In this document: positions 15,121 through 30,414 of the stretch, in pieces | Numbering within the stretch: the first letter of the stretch is position 1 | How the letters are laid out: each line of letters begins with the position of its first letter | DNA from: the human T2T-CHM13v2.0 reference genome, Homo sapiens | Strand: one strand, 5' to 3' | Length of the DNA: 64,000 nucleotides | Assembly (NCBI RefSeq): GCF_009914755.1 | Contig: NC_060925.1 | The notes under the pieces: model-generated | Told to the model about the DNA's origin: nothing | The model's input: only the letters and a program-made list of their open reading frames with translations | The model's database searches: none | Program-made: the position numbers and the translations under genes

Positions 15121-15957
15121 TAGATGCTGCTATATCCAATATTTGTTCTATCAGTACACTATAATGTATCCCAGCTATGCATTTTATATTTCCTAAAACT
15201 TCACTTCTGAGAAGGCCCTTCATGTGTTTTTAAAAATTCATGGCCCACCCAGCAGCATTACTAAGTCTTTTGGAGTCTAGCCTCATGGTCTTTCTGTTGA
15301 TTTTCCTGCTGTCAACATGTAATCTGTGAAATGAAACAAAGGGAGGGGATCCAGGCCAAGACTTGGCGACATTCACTTATGACAGTCAGTAGTCAGACAC
15401 TATGTGCAGAGATCCTCCAGATCCTGTTTGACCAGCATCTTTGGGAGGTTAAGAGCCCAGCCCTGTCAGAACCACTATTCATTATCATCGACCCTTTCAC
15501 CAGAATGCACCTGTGGGTGTCGGCTACTGATTTTCTCACCTGCAGGCAACTCAGGCTGAGCTGAGAGCAGAAATCTTAAGCTCTTGTCACTAAGGACTCT
15601 TCTGTGCTTCCTCTGTATCACCCGCCGTAACTAGCATAATGCTTTACCCACAGGGGCTCAAGAGATGCATTTGTTGAGCTCAACAAATTGAGAATCCAAG
15701 TTGTCTTGATAAGCAGAGATGTTATGGTGTAGAGAATTGGATAGGGTAAGCAGAGGAACAAAACAGGTTGTCATTTTGTTGTTGTTGTTGTTGTTTCTAA
15801 GAGTACAAAAATTGTGACTGGCAACTGCTGGGGAATCCTAAGGCAGGACTTTAGTCCCTAACCCCCCTACATTCTCACTACATTCATGGAAGCTGCTTTA
15901 CTCCTTTCCACCTTAGGTATTTCATCTATAATTAGAGGATAAAACACACAACTTCTA

Positions 15958-16375
<418 letters not shown>

Positions 16376-17915
16376 ATTACCAGACAGAAGATAGATAATC
16401 TGTGATTACTATGTCAAGGACAATTTTAGAATACTTGTTAAATTCACCCCTTTCTTTTCACAGCTGGCCAGGACATAGTCAGTAGCTACTGATACCTTGA
16501 ATACCTTGGGTGTGTTAACTGTTTTGACCCATCATGGAGCCAAGATGTTGGTTGTACCTTGAGATGCTGATCTGGCTGAAGTCCAGGGTCACGGGCCCAG
16601 GATAGGTCATTCAGCTATTTGAAAAAAACAGAAGAGAGACCAGGCCATCCACTGAGGTCATCTCCATGCAGCATGGGCCACTGGTTCCAGTGAACCCACC
16701 ATCACCATACTTCTCAGGAATCGCTGGTCACTAGACTGAGAGTTCTGTCAAAGCTGAGATCATATCTTGCTAATCTCTGTGTTCATGGTTCCCAGCTCAG
16801 GGTCTAGCACTGAGGGAGTTCTCAGGAGAGTGTTCATCAATTATTGAATAAAAGCGATTGCAAACCTCCTCTCACCTGCATTCCTGTCCCAAATGTCCTG
16901 TCAGGGATGCTGAGATTTCTCCCAGGATGCAGCAAATCCCTTTCCTTAGACTGGCCCTTGCCTTACACCATTCATGCCCCAGGATCCCTCTCTGTGGGAC
17001 ATTGGAGGAAAATGAGTCTGTTCTGAAGAAGTCCTCTTATGGTTCCCCCTGTCATTAGGAGCAATGTCTTCACCTAAACTCCCACTCTATGGGTTGCCAC
17101 AGCACCCCAATGTGGGGGAACTTTCATATTTTCTTAAAAAGCTATATTTCTGTTCTTTCTCTCATGGGCTTGAGTTCCTTTGGGGAGACATTAATATCTG
17201 AATCCCAAGTGTTTAACACAGCGTAAAGAAAATTAAACACCAATAAATATTTATGAGATATCATTTGGAAACCTCCTTCAACTGTAAGTACAGAAGAATA
17301 TTATAAGTATCACTGCTTTGTATACTAGCAAGGGACACTTACTCTAGCACCTGACCTAGGGCAGAGCTTTTTAACATAAGAATGGATGTCTCCAACCCTT
17401 CTCCCAGCATGGTTATTCCCTCTAACCCACACTGACCTGAAGAGCATCCACTGCTACGGCAGCCCCAAGGTCAAGCCTCCTGGGTCTGGGGCGGGGCTCA
17501 TGGTCACATCTTCCCCCTCTTGGAGTTGCTGCTGCCCCTCACTATAAACCAGATGTCATCCAGCCTGTGGCTCTCCCTGGCCAGGGGCAGGAGACTCCTG
17601 TGGAGTAAATTTCTCTCTCAGTCCCCACTGCTCAGCTCGCGCTGCTCCTTGAGAGTTTGGATGATGACAGGCATTGCCCATTTCCCCTGAGGCTTCTGTC
17701 CCAACTTGTCCTTATTCCCCCCTTCTTTGGTTTTCATTTACCAATGGCTTGTCCTTTGTGAGTTGTTCTCATCCCCTAAACCTGCTGACTTTCTTTCTTT
17801 CATCTGTTCCCTCAGTTCTGGGCTTCCAGTGTGTGGACTCAGCTCAGGCTCCTGCAGGAGACACACAGAGTCAGGTCTCAGCTGCAGGTCCTGGGTGGCA
17901 TTAAAAACCATCTCA

Positions 17916-19077
<1,162 letters not shown>

Positions 19078-19214
19078 TTAGGGAAGGGGGCCGACTGGCT
19101 GTGCACCCAAATGCTAAAAAGGGTCCAGAAAGGAATGTGTTCAGCTATTTTTCAAGGACTTCTAAATTAAACTCTCTTAAATGATGTTTATATTAAGGCT
19201 GGTGGTGGAGTCTT

Positions 19215-19380
19215 TCAGAGGCAGTGTTGGTGCTAGAAGAGCTCTTGAGGATCATACAGCCTCCCCCCTCAATTTCACAGTGAAAGAAAACCTCAGAGAA
19301 GCAAAGCAACTTGCTCAAGGTCACACAGCATTTCAGTGGTAGAACATGACTCGTGGTTCTTAGATAGCATTACCCAGCCT
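19215..19380 (-). mobile_element. MIR SINE
   Basis: MIR core CAACTTGCTCAAGGTCACACAGC. Confidence 0.65.
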
Positions 19381-19739
19381 CCACTGAGGCTAATGGCTGT
19401 AGGCGCTATGCCAACATGACTAGATCTAAGGCGACCCAAGCAATATTTTAAGGGACTGAACGCAGATTCCCTCTCTTCCCCTTCGCCACCCCTTCCTCCA
19501 CGCGCGACTCCAGTGATCAATGAATAATTGTGGAAACAGTTCCTTTGTTCAGAACTCTTCGTTAAAAGAGGTGCAGAGATACACGTCTGCGGTAGGATTC
19601 CTTATCCTGAGATCTGAGAGCACCTCGATGCTTCCCCAACCTGCTAGGTGAGGGTGGAAAGGGCATTCCTGAGGCAGCCGGTGCCCCTCCTCTGCCCCCC
19701 AACTCCCACGTGGTTTCTCCAGCCAAGTTCTCACGGAGT

Positions 19740-19920
19740 GGCCCCTCCCTCAGCGGCTCCACTGTTGCCATAGCAATTGGGTGGGTGGAGAGCCCGTCCT
19801 ATCTAGAGGCCACCCAGCCCTCGCGTGGGGAGTTACCATAACAACCCCCTAGTAATAGAGGGGGTTGGGTACCGCCCCCTTCCCCAGCAAATTGAAAGGT
19901 GGGTGGCTTGATTGGCAGCT
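19740..19920. promoter_or_regulatory. Promoter-like element with two RFX X-boxes, GC box and inverted CCAAT
   Basis: GTTGCCATAGCAAT 19764-19777, GTTACCATAACAAC 19832-19845, CCGCCC 19872-19877, GATTGG 19910-19915, in a locally GC/CpG-rich stretch. Confidence 0.55.
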
Positions 19921-21004
19921 GGGCACACGAAAGAAGGAGGGAAAGGGAAGGAAAAAAATAAATAAATAAAAACCATCTCAGTTCCTCAGAGACTCAGAGA
20001 AAACACAGTAGGAAGCGACCTCAGAGAGGAACAATAAGCCCCTACCTCACTGAGGAGGAAAGTGAAGCCAAGAAAGACAGACTCTCCCAGGCTCCCTCAC
20101 CACATGGTGGCAGCAGATCGACCACACAAGCCTTGGCCTCAGCCTCCAGGTCCAAAGCACCTAACTCACCCACCAGGAACTCACTGCTGCGTTTCAGAAA
20201 ACTTTGGATCAAAAACAGCAATTTCCACTGTGAAAACAAATAAAGTAAAAGGGCTTTTCCTTGGACAAACCTTTTATCACGGTTCTGTAGTCCTAGTATT
20301 TATACTCAGTCAGTTGTCATTCGCTGGCTGGTAGATTCAGGCAGGGAGCACATAAAGATTAAGTAATGTTTAACACAAGCCTGCTCTCCCAGCCTGGGAT
20401 CTCAGCTCCTCCCTTCTTCAGGGAGTTTCCTCTGCTCTAACTGCTGGAGAGTCTCAGCCCTCATGTGGGTCATTTCTCCATGGTGATACCTATTATTTTC
20501 TTCCTCTCTTGGAGATAAGAGAGGGCAGAGATTGGTTCTGGGTCTCCACAATTCTAGGTTTTCTCCTAAACCAGCCAGCTCAGCTGAAAGCAATCATGAC
20601 AGAGAGGTCAGGTCAGTGAAGAGGGTCCCAGGGGAGCAGGGGGTCACAAGGACAGCCCCTCATGGAGATGGTCAGGACCGTGACCTGGGCAACATTTGAC
20701 CAATTCTGCTGGGGATGATGTGCAAAGGATTAAGGGGAGGATGCTGCCATAAGGAGAAAGGGGAAGAACCAAGGGAGTAGGAGAGGAAGGAAAATAAAAT
20801 GATTGCCATAAAGGTAGAAAGAAATGCAGACTCCAGAGGCAAAGCCCCATGTCACAGAAGATTAGTTCCAGGTTGTGGATCCTAACCACGCAATTCCTGC
20901 TGGACTTTGCTCAGCCCCATTTCAAAAAGGTTTTGGATCAGTGACTTCTTTGTTACTTCCACTTTCCCCGTTTGTGAACAAGAATCACTAGAATTGTTTT
21001 TCTA

Positions 21005-21164
21005 GGAGGGGGGAGGGATAGCATTAGGAGATATACCTAATGCTAAATGATGAGTTAATGGGTGCAGCACACCAGCATGGCACATGTATACATATGTAGC
21101 TAACCTGCACATTGTGCACATGTACCCTAAAACTTAAAGTATAATAAAAAAATTAAAAAAAAAA
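21005..21164 (+). mobile_element. 5'-truncated young L1PA (PA2/PA3-like) 3' end
   Basis: L1 3' UTR with GCTAAATGA and CTAACCTGCACATTGTG; TSD AGAATTGTTTTTCTA/AGAATCGTTTTCCTA. Confidence 0.93.
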
Positions 21165-21179
21165 AGAATCGTTTTCCTA

Positions 21180-21941
21180 TGTCTGTCCCACCATTGCACA
21201 CTGAGGGCAGATAAGCTGTTTGTTCAGTTTCACAGGTTGATAGAGGGAAGGGAATTATGTCAAGGACACCCTCAGAAGCCTCATTCATACTTGGTGTGGA
21301 TGATTAAGATAAGATTTTAAATTTTTGATCTGGTGTGGTCTACATACCATTTTTCACTTTGAACTAACGCTTTAATGACATGAAATTTGGAAACCTTAGG
21401 GGAGAGGGTGAATGTATTTTGCAGATGGGGGAATGTGAGTGTCCAACTGCGGTAGACGGAATTTCTGAAATGGTCCCCAAACATGCCACACCCTTGTCTC
21501 TAAAGCCTGTTAAGGTGCTGAGACATCATTCTGGTGATTATGTTGTTATAAGCCAGTTATATGACTTTAAGATGGTGAGGTTACCTGTGTAAACTGGATC
21601 TAATCACATCACTGCATACATGCCAGTGGTTTCTCTAGCTGTCAGAAGAAGGTAACGTCAGGAAGAATGGGAGCTTGAGAAGGACTCCATGAGCTGTTAT
21701 TGGGACAGCCAGCACAGAAAAAGAAAACCCAGTCTTTCAACTCCCACAAAATGAATTCCTCCTACACCTGAAGTGAACTTGGAGAAGTAGCCTGAGCTCC
21801 ACATAACTACATAGCCAGACACACCTGGATTCAGCTTCCTAAAACCCTTATCAGAGAACCCAGCCTCTGCTCCAGACTTCTGTGGTTTCAATCCACTAGT
21901 TTGTTGCATGTGTTAATAGGCAGCAATAGAAAACTGGTACA
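21180..21941 (+). mobile_element. MLT1 (MaLR) LTR with adjacent internal sequence
   Basis: GGGTGAATGTATTTTGCA (MLT-int 3' end) then LTR ~21447 ending GCAGCAATAGAAAACTGGTACA. Confidence 0.7.
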
Positions 21942-23366
21942 GATGCCTATCTCTACTCTTGATTTATTATTTCAGATACATGGATGCTAATCCCTCTAAG
22001 AGAAAAAAATTAAAAAGCAAAGAACTACAGCAAAAATCTTGCACTCACGTTCACCTTTATGTCACTATTCTGGAGCCCTTGCAACCTGAAGAAGATAATG
22101 AGAGGCATTCCAAGCATGTGAGGAGTATCTGTAATGTTACCAACCAAATTTCTGAAAGAATAAAGATGGTACAATACTAACTCCACATAATCTTATGTGC
22201 AAATTCATCATCTATCTCTATTTCTTATAGCAGATTTTTTTCTTTTTTAGCTCATTCATTTAGGCTTGCCAGACCAGGTTTGGTAGCAACTATCAGTTAT
22301 CGGTAAAAATGAAACAATTCACGAAGAGCAATGAACAGGACTATTATTAAGTTCATCAAAAAAGTCCCTAAAATGCAACATTTCCTCAAATGTCACAAAA
22401 GTAAGACAATGATTCACTACAGAAAATCCCAATCTAAGAAAATTTGAAATTTAATGATGTCGGATTTCCAAATTTTTATTTTGTTGGGGCCCAGTCATGG
22501 GCACCAGAGATTAGGAAATGACTGTGCAGAGGCTTTAGGGTATTTGGGGAAATGACAAAAATATTCTAAAACGTGACTCTGCTGATGACTGCACAATTCT
22601 ACAAACCTCCTTAAATGGTTACATCGTAGATTTAAAATTGGTGAGTTTTATTACAAGTAACTTTTTTTTTTTTTGAGACAGAGTTTCACTCTGCATTTTC
22701 CTCTCACCTGCCCCACACCTCTTCCAAATCTGTTCTTTCACTTCCAGGTCGTTGAGTTTTTCCATTTAAAAATATAAAAGATACAGAAAGAAGAAGATAA
22801 CCAGTCATCCATATTCCCATCACCTGGAATTAAGTACTATTCACATATGTACATATTTTTTCTTCCAAATCATTTTGAAGTTACTCTCTTTTTTTTTAAT
22901 TATACACGCTTAGCATAGACCATACCACCAATACAGAAAAAGTACAGATAGGTAAAATTTCTGATCACCTTAAGTTCAAAATAACTTTTGTTAACATTAG
23001 GGCAACTCTGATCGAGTCATGTTCTTCTGGTATATCTACAGAGAGAAGAATGTATATTTTAGCTAGACTGTCCCCCCCGCAATAAATAAAGCTCTCTCTA
23101 TATATACACACACATATATATGGGAGCTATATATTATATATACACACATAGATATATATGCTTTTGTAAAATTGAACTTAGACTCTATTTTTATTTTACA
23201 AATATTCCATTTAATAGTGCATGAATTTAACTGAAGACAAAGAGACAGAAACAGAAATGAAGGAATTCCTGAACTCTCAATCACATTTAGAGAGATGCTT
23301 TTCTAAAGGAATCCTCTAAAGCTAAACATACATTAAATTAAGTAGAATGCATTATGATTTGCTGTG

Positions 23367-23549
23367 TTTTTTTTTTTATTTTTTTTGAGACGGAGGTTTT
23401 TTTTTGTTTTTTTTTGTTTTTTTTTGGCTCTGTTGCCCAGGCTGAAGTGCAGTGGCTCGATCTCGTCTCACTGCGACCTCCGCCTCCCATCTGCCTGCCT
23501 CAGCCTCCCAAAGTGCTAGGATTACAGGCATGAGCCACCGCGTCCAGCC
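23367..23549 (-). mobile_element. Alu collapsed to a hybrid monomer
   Basis: Right arm joins directly to left arm at CCGCCTCCC|ATCTGCCTGCC; extra T-run inside; TSD-like TGCTGTGTTTTT/TGCAGTGGTTTTC. Confidence 0.85.
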
Positions 23550-23574
23550 TGCAGTGGTTTTCTTACTACTTTTT

Positions 23575-24030
23575 ACAATCAAATTGATTAAGGCATTGGT
23601 TGAATATGGTACAATGCATCCATTTCAAGTTTGACGACATGTCTACTACTCCAGAAGGTCCTCTTGTGCCCTTTGCAGTCAGTCCCCTCGACTCCCTGAC
23701 CCCAGCAATTAATGATGTATTTTCTGCCACTATACAGGTTAGTTTCACCTGTTCCAGAAATTCACCTTGATGGCACCACATAGAATGCACTCTTTTCATC
23801 ACTCAGCATGAGGTTTTTGAGATTGGCCCATGCTATCTCATGTTTCCATAATTTGTCCCATCTTATTGAGGGTAGTACTCCGTTGGATGAATATATCACA
23901 ATAGGTCCATTCACCTCTTGATGCATATGAACCTTTTCCAGTTTGGGGACTATTGTAAACAAAGCTGCTAAGAACAAGTTCTTTTTGTGAATATATGTTT
24001 TGTAAATTCCACTTGTCATTCTTTAGTATT
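23575..24030 (-). mobile_element. L1M 3' end
   Basis: Antisense L1MB/ME 3' UTR motifs (TTCCAGTTTGGGGACTATTGTAAACAAAGCTGCT). Confidence 0.75.
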
Positions 24031-24689
24031 AACTGATTTTGTAAAATGATGTCACCTTCACAAGTGCAAAATTCATTCAAATGTTACAGAGGCCTGAAGC
24101 ATAAGTCTACACAATTTCCTTTGTTATATTTCATAATTAAGGGGAAAAAACTTTATCTGGGATGTTGTTTCCTATCAGCAAATCCTTAATGTAAGCCATA
24201 CAGGATGCTAGCTGTACTATTAGACTATCTTCTGTAATCTGTGCAATAACTCTAAGAAGTACTTCGTATTATTATTTTCCTGTAACACTTTCCAACTTGA
24301 AGCCTAGCAAATTGAAGGACCTGGCCCCAGGTCAAACAGAAGGCAAGCGGCAGCGCCAGGACTGGAAGAAGGCCTTCCCAAAGGCAGACAGAAGCTCACG
24401 TCTCTGTCAGAACCTCGGTATTTCTGATGCGCCTGGAAGCCAATATCCAAGCCGTTCTCAGCCACTGGATTGGTGGGCTGCTTTGCTCAGAAACTCCTCG
24501 ATCAGGAATCCCAAGCATACGTTAGTGATGACGGTCCCAAAACAAGGGACATTTCTTAACCATTCTAAAAACCCGTTTGCTCATCAGTAACGCAATAAGA
24601 GTTGCTTTCGGTCTTGGTTCATATATTTTATATTTGAGCAAGGCAATGTCCGCTGCTGGGGTTAGAAGTAAATGGCTCGTCTTCAGCAA

Positions 24690-25400
24690 ACTAGATCAGT
24701 CCGTGGGACGTACGGCTTCCACTCGCAGTGTCCTGAACACTGGCTGGGCTTCCTGTGCGTTCTAGCCGGTTTTCTTTGGAGCGGCGGGTTTCTGCACGGC
24801 TCCGGGGTCGGGATGGCAGAGGCTTCTCGGAACACGCGGATCTATGAGTGCAGTCCCCGGGGTAGCCACCAGGGAACGCCATAGGCTTTCCCGCTGTGTT
24901 CCTCCTTGCCTTTTCCGTTTGGGCCAAGTAGTTTCTATTGACCATGACATTACAGATCAGAAGTGGGTGGGGTCAGAAAACACACCCTGGGAGAAGCTGG
25001 CAAAATGCCCAGAACCGCCATCACTAGGCCTGGGGTTTTCTTCTGTAGTGGAATTCTCGTGCTTATGTAGTACAGGGAGGAGCGCAGCGCATTTCCGCCA
25101 AGACAGGTGAGACTGCAGTTCTGACCTGCGGGCCTCGATGAATTGCTTTAGGGCCCCTGGGCGCCGGCAGAGCCGATCTCCTACACAAAGCAAGCGTGTT
25201 ATGTCTACGACCAAACGGGGACACTAAGAAAGAGCCCCAAAGGCCCTGCTTTCATCCCAAAGAACAGCGCCTGTCTGCGTAGTTTCTACCTTGCTCTATG
25301 AGGTGAGAACACCTTCACCGCTGGCACAGAAATCCTACAAACTCCTGTGGGGACCGCGGTTACAAGCAGACGCTGTGTGAAAGGTGACTCTGGGGGCTAG
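24690..25400. promoter_or_regulatory. CpG-rich promoter-like island
   Basis: Many CpGs in non-repeat sequence; ZNF143/THAP11-like AACTACTTGGCCCA on minus strand near 24920-24933; plus-strand donor GACAG|GTGAGA at 25106/25107. Confidence 0.55.
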
Positions 25401-27655
25401 GGAAAAACACGAAGATTTTCACAGAGCGTGAGACCCCAAGAGACTGGAGACCATGGACCAAATTTCTGCGAACAGTAGCCTTATGTAGAAAGAGCTATGC
25501 AATCTTCGTGCTAGTTAGCTTGTGATACACATGCTCACAAAGGCTGGCGCTTCCTTCTCCAGCGAAAAGCAAGGCGATATATCACTTCCCGATTCAAAGC
25601 ATCCAACTGTAAGAATAACAGTGTAGGGAGAAAGGTCTATAGTCATGGCAATATTGCCTAATGATATTTTTTTCTGTGATGGTCATTTTATAATATTATT
25701 TAAAAGTTTTTTTTAATTAAACAAGCAATGGAACTTTGAACAGAAAAATATGAAATTAAAACAATAAAAATTACTCATAATCACACTAGACTGTGATAAC
25801 TAAACTGTGAATATTTTGGTTTCATAAGCTTTTAATCTTTTTCCTTAGGTATATAAAAATATTTAAGAACCAAAGAAAATTATATCACAATGGGTATATC
25901 AACTTAGTATCAGTTTTACTCATTTAATATGCCAAAGGTAACCTACTTATCCTTTGGCTACAAGAGCTTTCTAAATGTCTGTATAATATTACATCAGATG
26001 AATGCAATATAATTTATTTTAAATATTTCTTATTGCATATTTAGATTGTTTCTAATTTTTGAGTATGATCAACAACTCTTTGACCAGTATTCCTATAGCT
26101 AAGTGCTTATGTTGTAGGTCTGATTATTTCCTTAGTACAAATTTCTAACAGTGGAGTGTCAGTCAAAGGGTATGTACAATGTAAACATGTAGAGGTGTAT
26201 TGTCAAATTATCCCCCACAAAGTTCCTAAAATATGCATCTTTACTGTCATGGTATAACTACCAAAGTCCTGTACCCTTGAAAACATAGATTCTTATTTCA
26301 GAACATCTTTATCAGTTTAAAAGATAAACTATGCCATCCTCTTGTTGTTAGTAAAGTGCATTTCTTTGATTACTCCCCTTTTACAGAAGAGTAAATGAAG
26401 ATTCAGTAAGTTTGTGTGAGTTATGCATGGGTGCATAGGTAACACGTGCAGAAAGCAATCACTTCAGTTTTCCATATTTGAGGTCCTCTCTGGGCCAGTA
26501 CAGTTCGAGACACTAGAAATTCAAAACCACAGATAATGCCCTCCTGGGCCTGTAGGATGTACTTGTTAGGTGGCAGGGGCGAGGCCCAACCAGTGCGCAC
26601 AACAATGTCATAGCCCCAGGTGAGTGTGGGAGGGGAAGTTGTAGAAATATTTTCCAGCCAAAGAAATCAGTGAAGTAAAGATAGGCAGGAGGCAGGCAAA
26701 AAGGAGGCAGAACTGGCAGGTTGTGGGGGCAGGAGTGGCCACGGATGAGGAGCCAGGCTTGGCAACACAGGTGCAGGTGTCACGTGTCATAGGCACAGGC
26801 GTGGAGATCTGAGGGCATAGAGGGGAGAAGACCGTGCACCGCCAATGTCAACTGTGTGGAAGCAAACCTGGGCTACATCTAAGAGTCCTGAGAGCAGGGG
26901 AGGAGAAGGGAGGAAGAGACAACAGAAGTCCTGGGTGGGAAGCAGAAATATTTCCTGAGTCAATGAAAGAGCCCCAAGCCTCCAGACCTGCCAGGGCTCA
27001 AGCAGGCAGCTCCAGAGGCCAAGACCTATAATCCAGCAGTTCAGGTTGATTTTGCCAGAGTAGTGTGAAGAGGCCCTGATTTTCCCCTTTAATGTATACC
27101 CATACAAAAGGCAGAAGAGTTGTTGGAAAAGCAGGAGATTCACAGTTACAAGCACATAGGAAGCACAAGAAAAACTGGTAGAAGGGATCTGGGCCCTTCA
27201 ATGTTGACAGCCTTCTCTAGGAGCCCTGGCTACAACAGAAGGAGAAGGATCCTTGGTGGGTATAAAAAGGTGGGAAGGAGAACAAGCCAAACAAAACACC
27301 ACCCTCAGGACTACAGGGAAGTTATTTCAGGAGATGCATTGATTCCATGTTTTTGTTTCCATAGATTGCTGTTTTGTAACTTTTTTTTTCTTAGGTGAAA
27401 GAATTAAGTGTCCTCCCCCACTGTCTGAAGAAAGATATGCCTGTCATGAAGCGTGCCCTTACTTACTTTGAAGGGGACAAGCCTTTTCTAGCTTCAATAT
27501 TTATTTCCTATTTTGATGGGGAAACCTTTAGGGAAGTAGAAAGAGAGCTTAAAGCCTCGGGGGAGACATTTTACGTTCTTGCTAAAAAAATGCATTAAAA
27601 TATTTAGTACATGTCCTGAATGTAACCCAGCCCTCCAGAGCTATTTTTTTCTCAC

Positions 27656-28042
27656 TGTATTAGTCCATTTTCATACTGTAATAAAGAACTGCCTGAGACT
27701 GGGTAATTTATAAAAGAAAGAGGTTTAATTGACTCACAGTTCAGCACGGCTGGGGAGGCCTCAGGAAACTTACAATCATGGTGGAAGGTGAAGGGGAAGC
27801 AAGGCACCTTCTACACAAGGTGGCAGAAAGGAGAAGTGCTAAGCAAAGGGGAAGAAGCCCCTTATAAAACCATCCGATCTTGGGAGAACTCACTCACTAT
27901 CATGAGAACAGCATGGGGGAAACCATCCCCATGATTCAATTACCTCCACCTGGTCTCTCCTTTGACAAATAGGGATTATGGGGATTATGGGGATTACAGT
28001 TCAAGATGAGATCTGGGTGGGGACACGAAGCCTAACCATATC
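27656..28042 (-). mobile_element. THE1 (THE1C/D-like) MaLR solo LTR
   Basis: TGTATTAGTCCATTTTC...GAAACTTACAATCATGG...AACCATATCA. Confidence 0.9.
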
Positions 28043-30414
28043 AGGGGAGGGGGCTCACAACTGAATATTTCAGATAATTTTAATATGTGCTGGTATCCAC
28101 AAACAAGAGCCAATGTGGACTCAGCAGGCAATGTCATGGGCCTTCTGTTTCAAAAATGATTCAGATAGACTTTTATGCTTTTACATGTGCCATATGGGAG
28201 TGGGGCATTCTCATCTTGTTCCTTGTTTTACCCTCAGCATCTACCTTTCATAGCAGTAACTGATGATCATGAAATGTTTGTTGATTGAATGGCTGAAGTA
28301 TAGACAGATGCAGCTTCTGTCCATGAAAGGCATCCTGCTTGCTCCTTGCACTGTGTCCAGTGAAAACTCTTGTTTCTCTGCGCAGCTGCAACACGTTTCA
28401 CATCACAAGGAGCACAAGGCACTGGCTTCCATTTCCACCCTGAAGCTCAGCAGCCCCATTTGCGTCCCATCAGCTGCCTGCTCCGGAATAGAGGAGGGAA
28501 GGGCTGGGCTTCAGAGTTTGCTTTTTTTTTCTTGGTTCTGTGAATGGAAAATGTCAAAGGATCCTGTGAAGGGATCCAGATTGATACCTTGGGGTCTGGT
28601 GTACGTAGGTCTGTTTGTGTTAACTCACCATTTAAAGACAGAAAAAAGGAAAACATACATATTTATAGCCTCCTAGAGAGAGCCTTGGTGCTAGTTTTGA
28701 TGGCTTGCTGGGAACACAAGTGAAGCCAAGGGGGGTATTGTGGTTGGGAGCATTGATTTTGGGAGGAAAGTGGTGCTGGTATCATTTAGGGAGGGACAAC
28801 AAGATGCTCCTGTGGACCACCACTGATTCTCTCACGCTGATGACATCTGGCAGTAGTGACAATGTGATGGGAGCCCAAAGAGGGGAGGGTCTTGTAGAAA
28901 TTTCACGTGGTTGCATCAACTTCAGCTTTTGGTAACTGGTGGATAGCCAAGCAGCAGGAGTAGGGCAGAATACCATGAGTCCGTGAACCAGGCAGAGAGT
29001 TGAATGACATGAACTTGAGTCAGGGAGGAGAAAACTAGGGGCCGGGCACATCTTTGATTAGTGAGTAACCAACAATGTGGACCCCCAGAGGGCTTAAGGC
29101 CCTTCGCTGGAGAACTAGATGGTTATCCCTGGGTCCTGTTATTGAGGCTAGCTTCTCTCAAGTTTCAACGCTAGTCAGACCACCATATCTAAATCATGGA
29201 AAGTGTACCACTGGTTATGTTAAGAGGTGATGTTTGAATATTTAGATGGAGATAATCAAAGTATTACAAAAATGACAAAGGATTCAATGCAGTAAACAAG
29301 TTAATTTACACACCAGAGTCAAAATTTCACAAATATTATTGCATAGAGTGAAGATAAATTTTTAAAATTTAAATTAATTTAACAAAATAAACATAGTACT
29401 TAAATGTGGCTTTTTTGGTATAGATTATTTTCTTATTCAAGATTTTTCCTTTCCTAGTTTATAAGTATTTTGTTGCTATTCTTTCACTCTCTGAAAATTG
29501 CAAAATGCATACTTAACTTTTCAAATACAAGTTTTTCCAAAAATTGTATACATCTCCTGAAAACGAGTGCCTTTGAAGATGGCAACTCCATTTCTGCTCC
29601 CTCTAATTCACGAGTTATTCTTGACTTGTTTTGTGGAATTAATTAGTTTCATCTTTTTCTTAATGGCAAAAACTACTTGTCATGAATTTTCCATGTTTCC
29701 TACCTTCTTGATCCTCATCTTTTTCTCTGATTTAATTACATCCTTTTCTGAGGATATGCTGCAGATAAACTCTCTTTTTTTGTTTGCCCAAGAATGTCTG
29801 CATTTCATCCTACTCTTAAAAAGTGGGCCCTAGAAATTCTAGGTTGGCAATTATTTTTTATTAGCACTTTGGTGATCTCATTCTTCTGGCATCCGTCTTT
29901 CATCATTTCTGTTGAGTAGTTAGTGGTCAATGCCATTCTGCCGCCTTGAAAGTAAGCTGTTTTATTCACTACCTTGTGGATTTATGCATGTGTGTGGTTG
30001 TTCTTTGGTTTTACTATTGTTTTTGGTTCATCCAACTCACCATGACATGTTCAAGTGTAGTTTTATGTTTGTGTACCCTCTATAGATTTAGGAACTTCCC
30101 GTTGGCTTTCTTTTGATGTAGGGTATCAGTCATTATCTTAAAATATTACTTACAAACGTTTTCTCTGTTCTATGTTCTTTCTCCTCTTTGTTTAGGAATC
30201 CAAGTAAAAATATGGTAAAATGTCTCACTGCCTCGTTTTGCTGTGATGCATTCTACATAATTTCTTCTGACTGATCTTTGGATTCACTAGTACCTACTTT
30301 AGCTACTACAAAATAGTGAACAGCCATTGCATTTAAAAATTTATTTTTTGCATCTTTCTATTTTAGAAATGTTCTTTGTTTCCTTTTTCAAACATTCCAG
30401 TCATTTAAAAAATA

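Noticed and set aside
19332-19345. TTCAGTGGTAGAA tRNA A-box-like match
   Set aside because: Lies in a MIR; no cloverleaf or B box.
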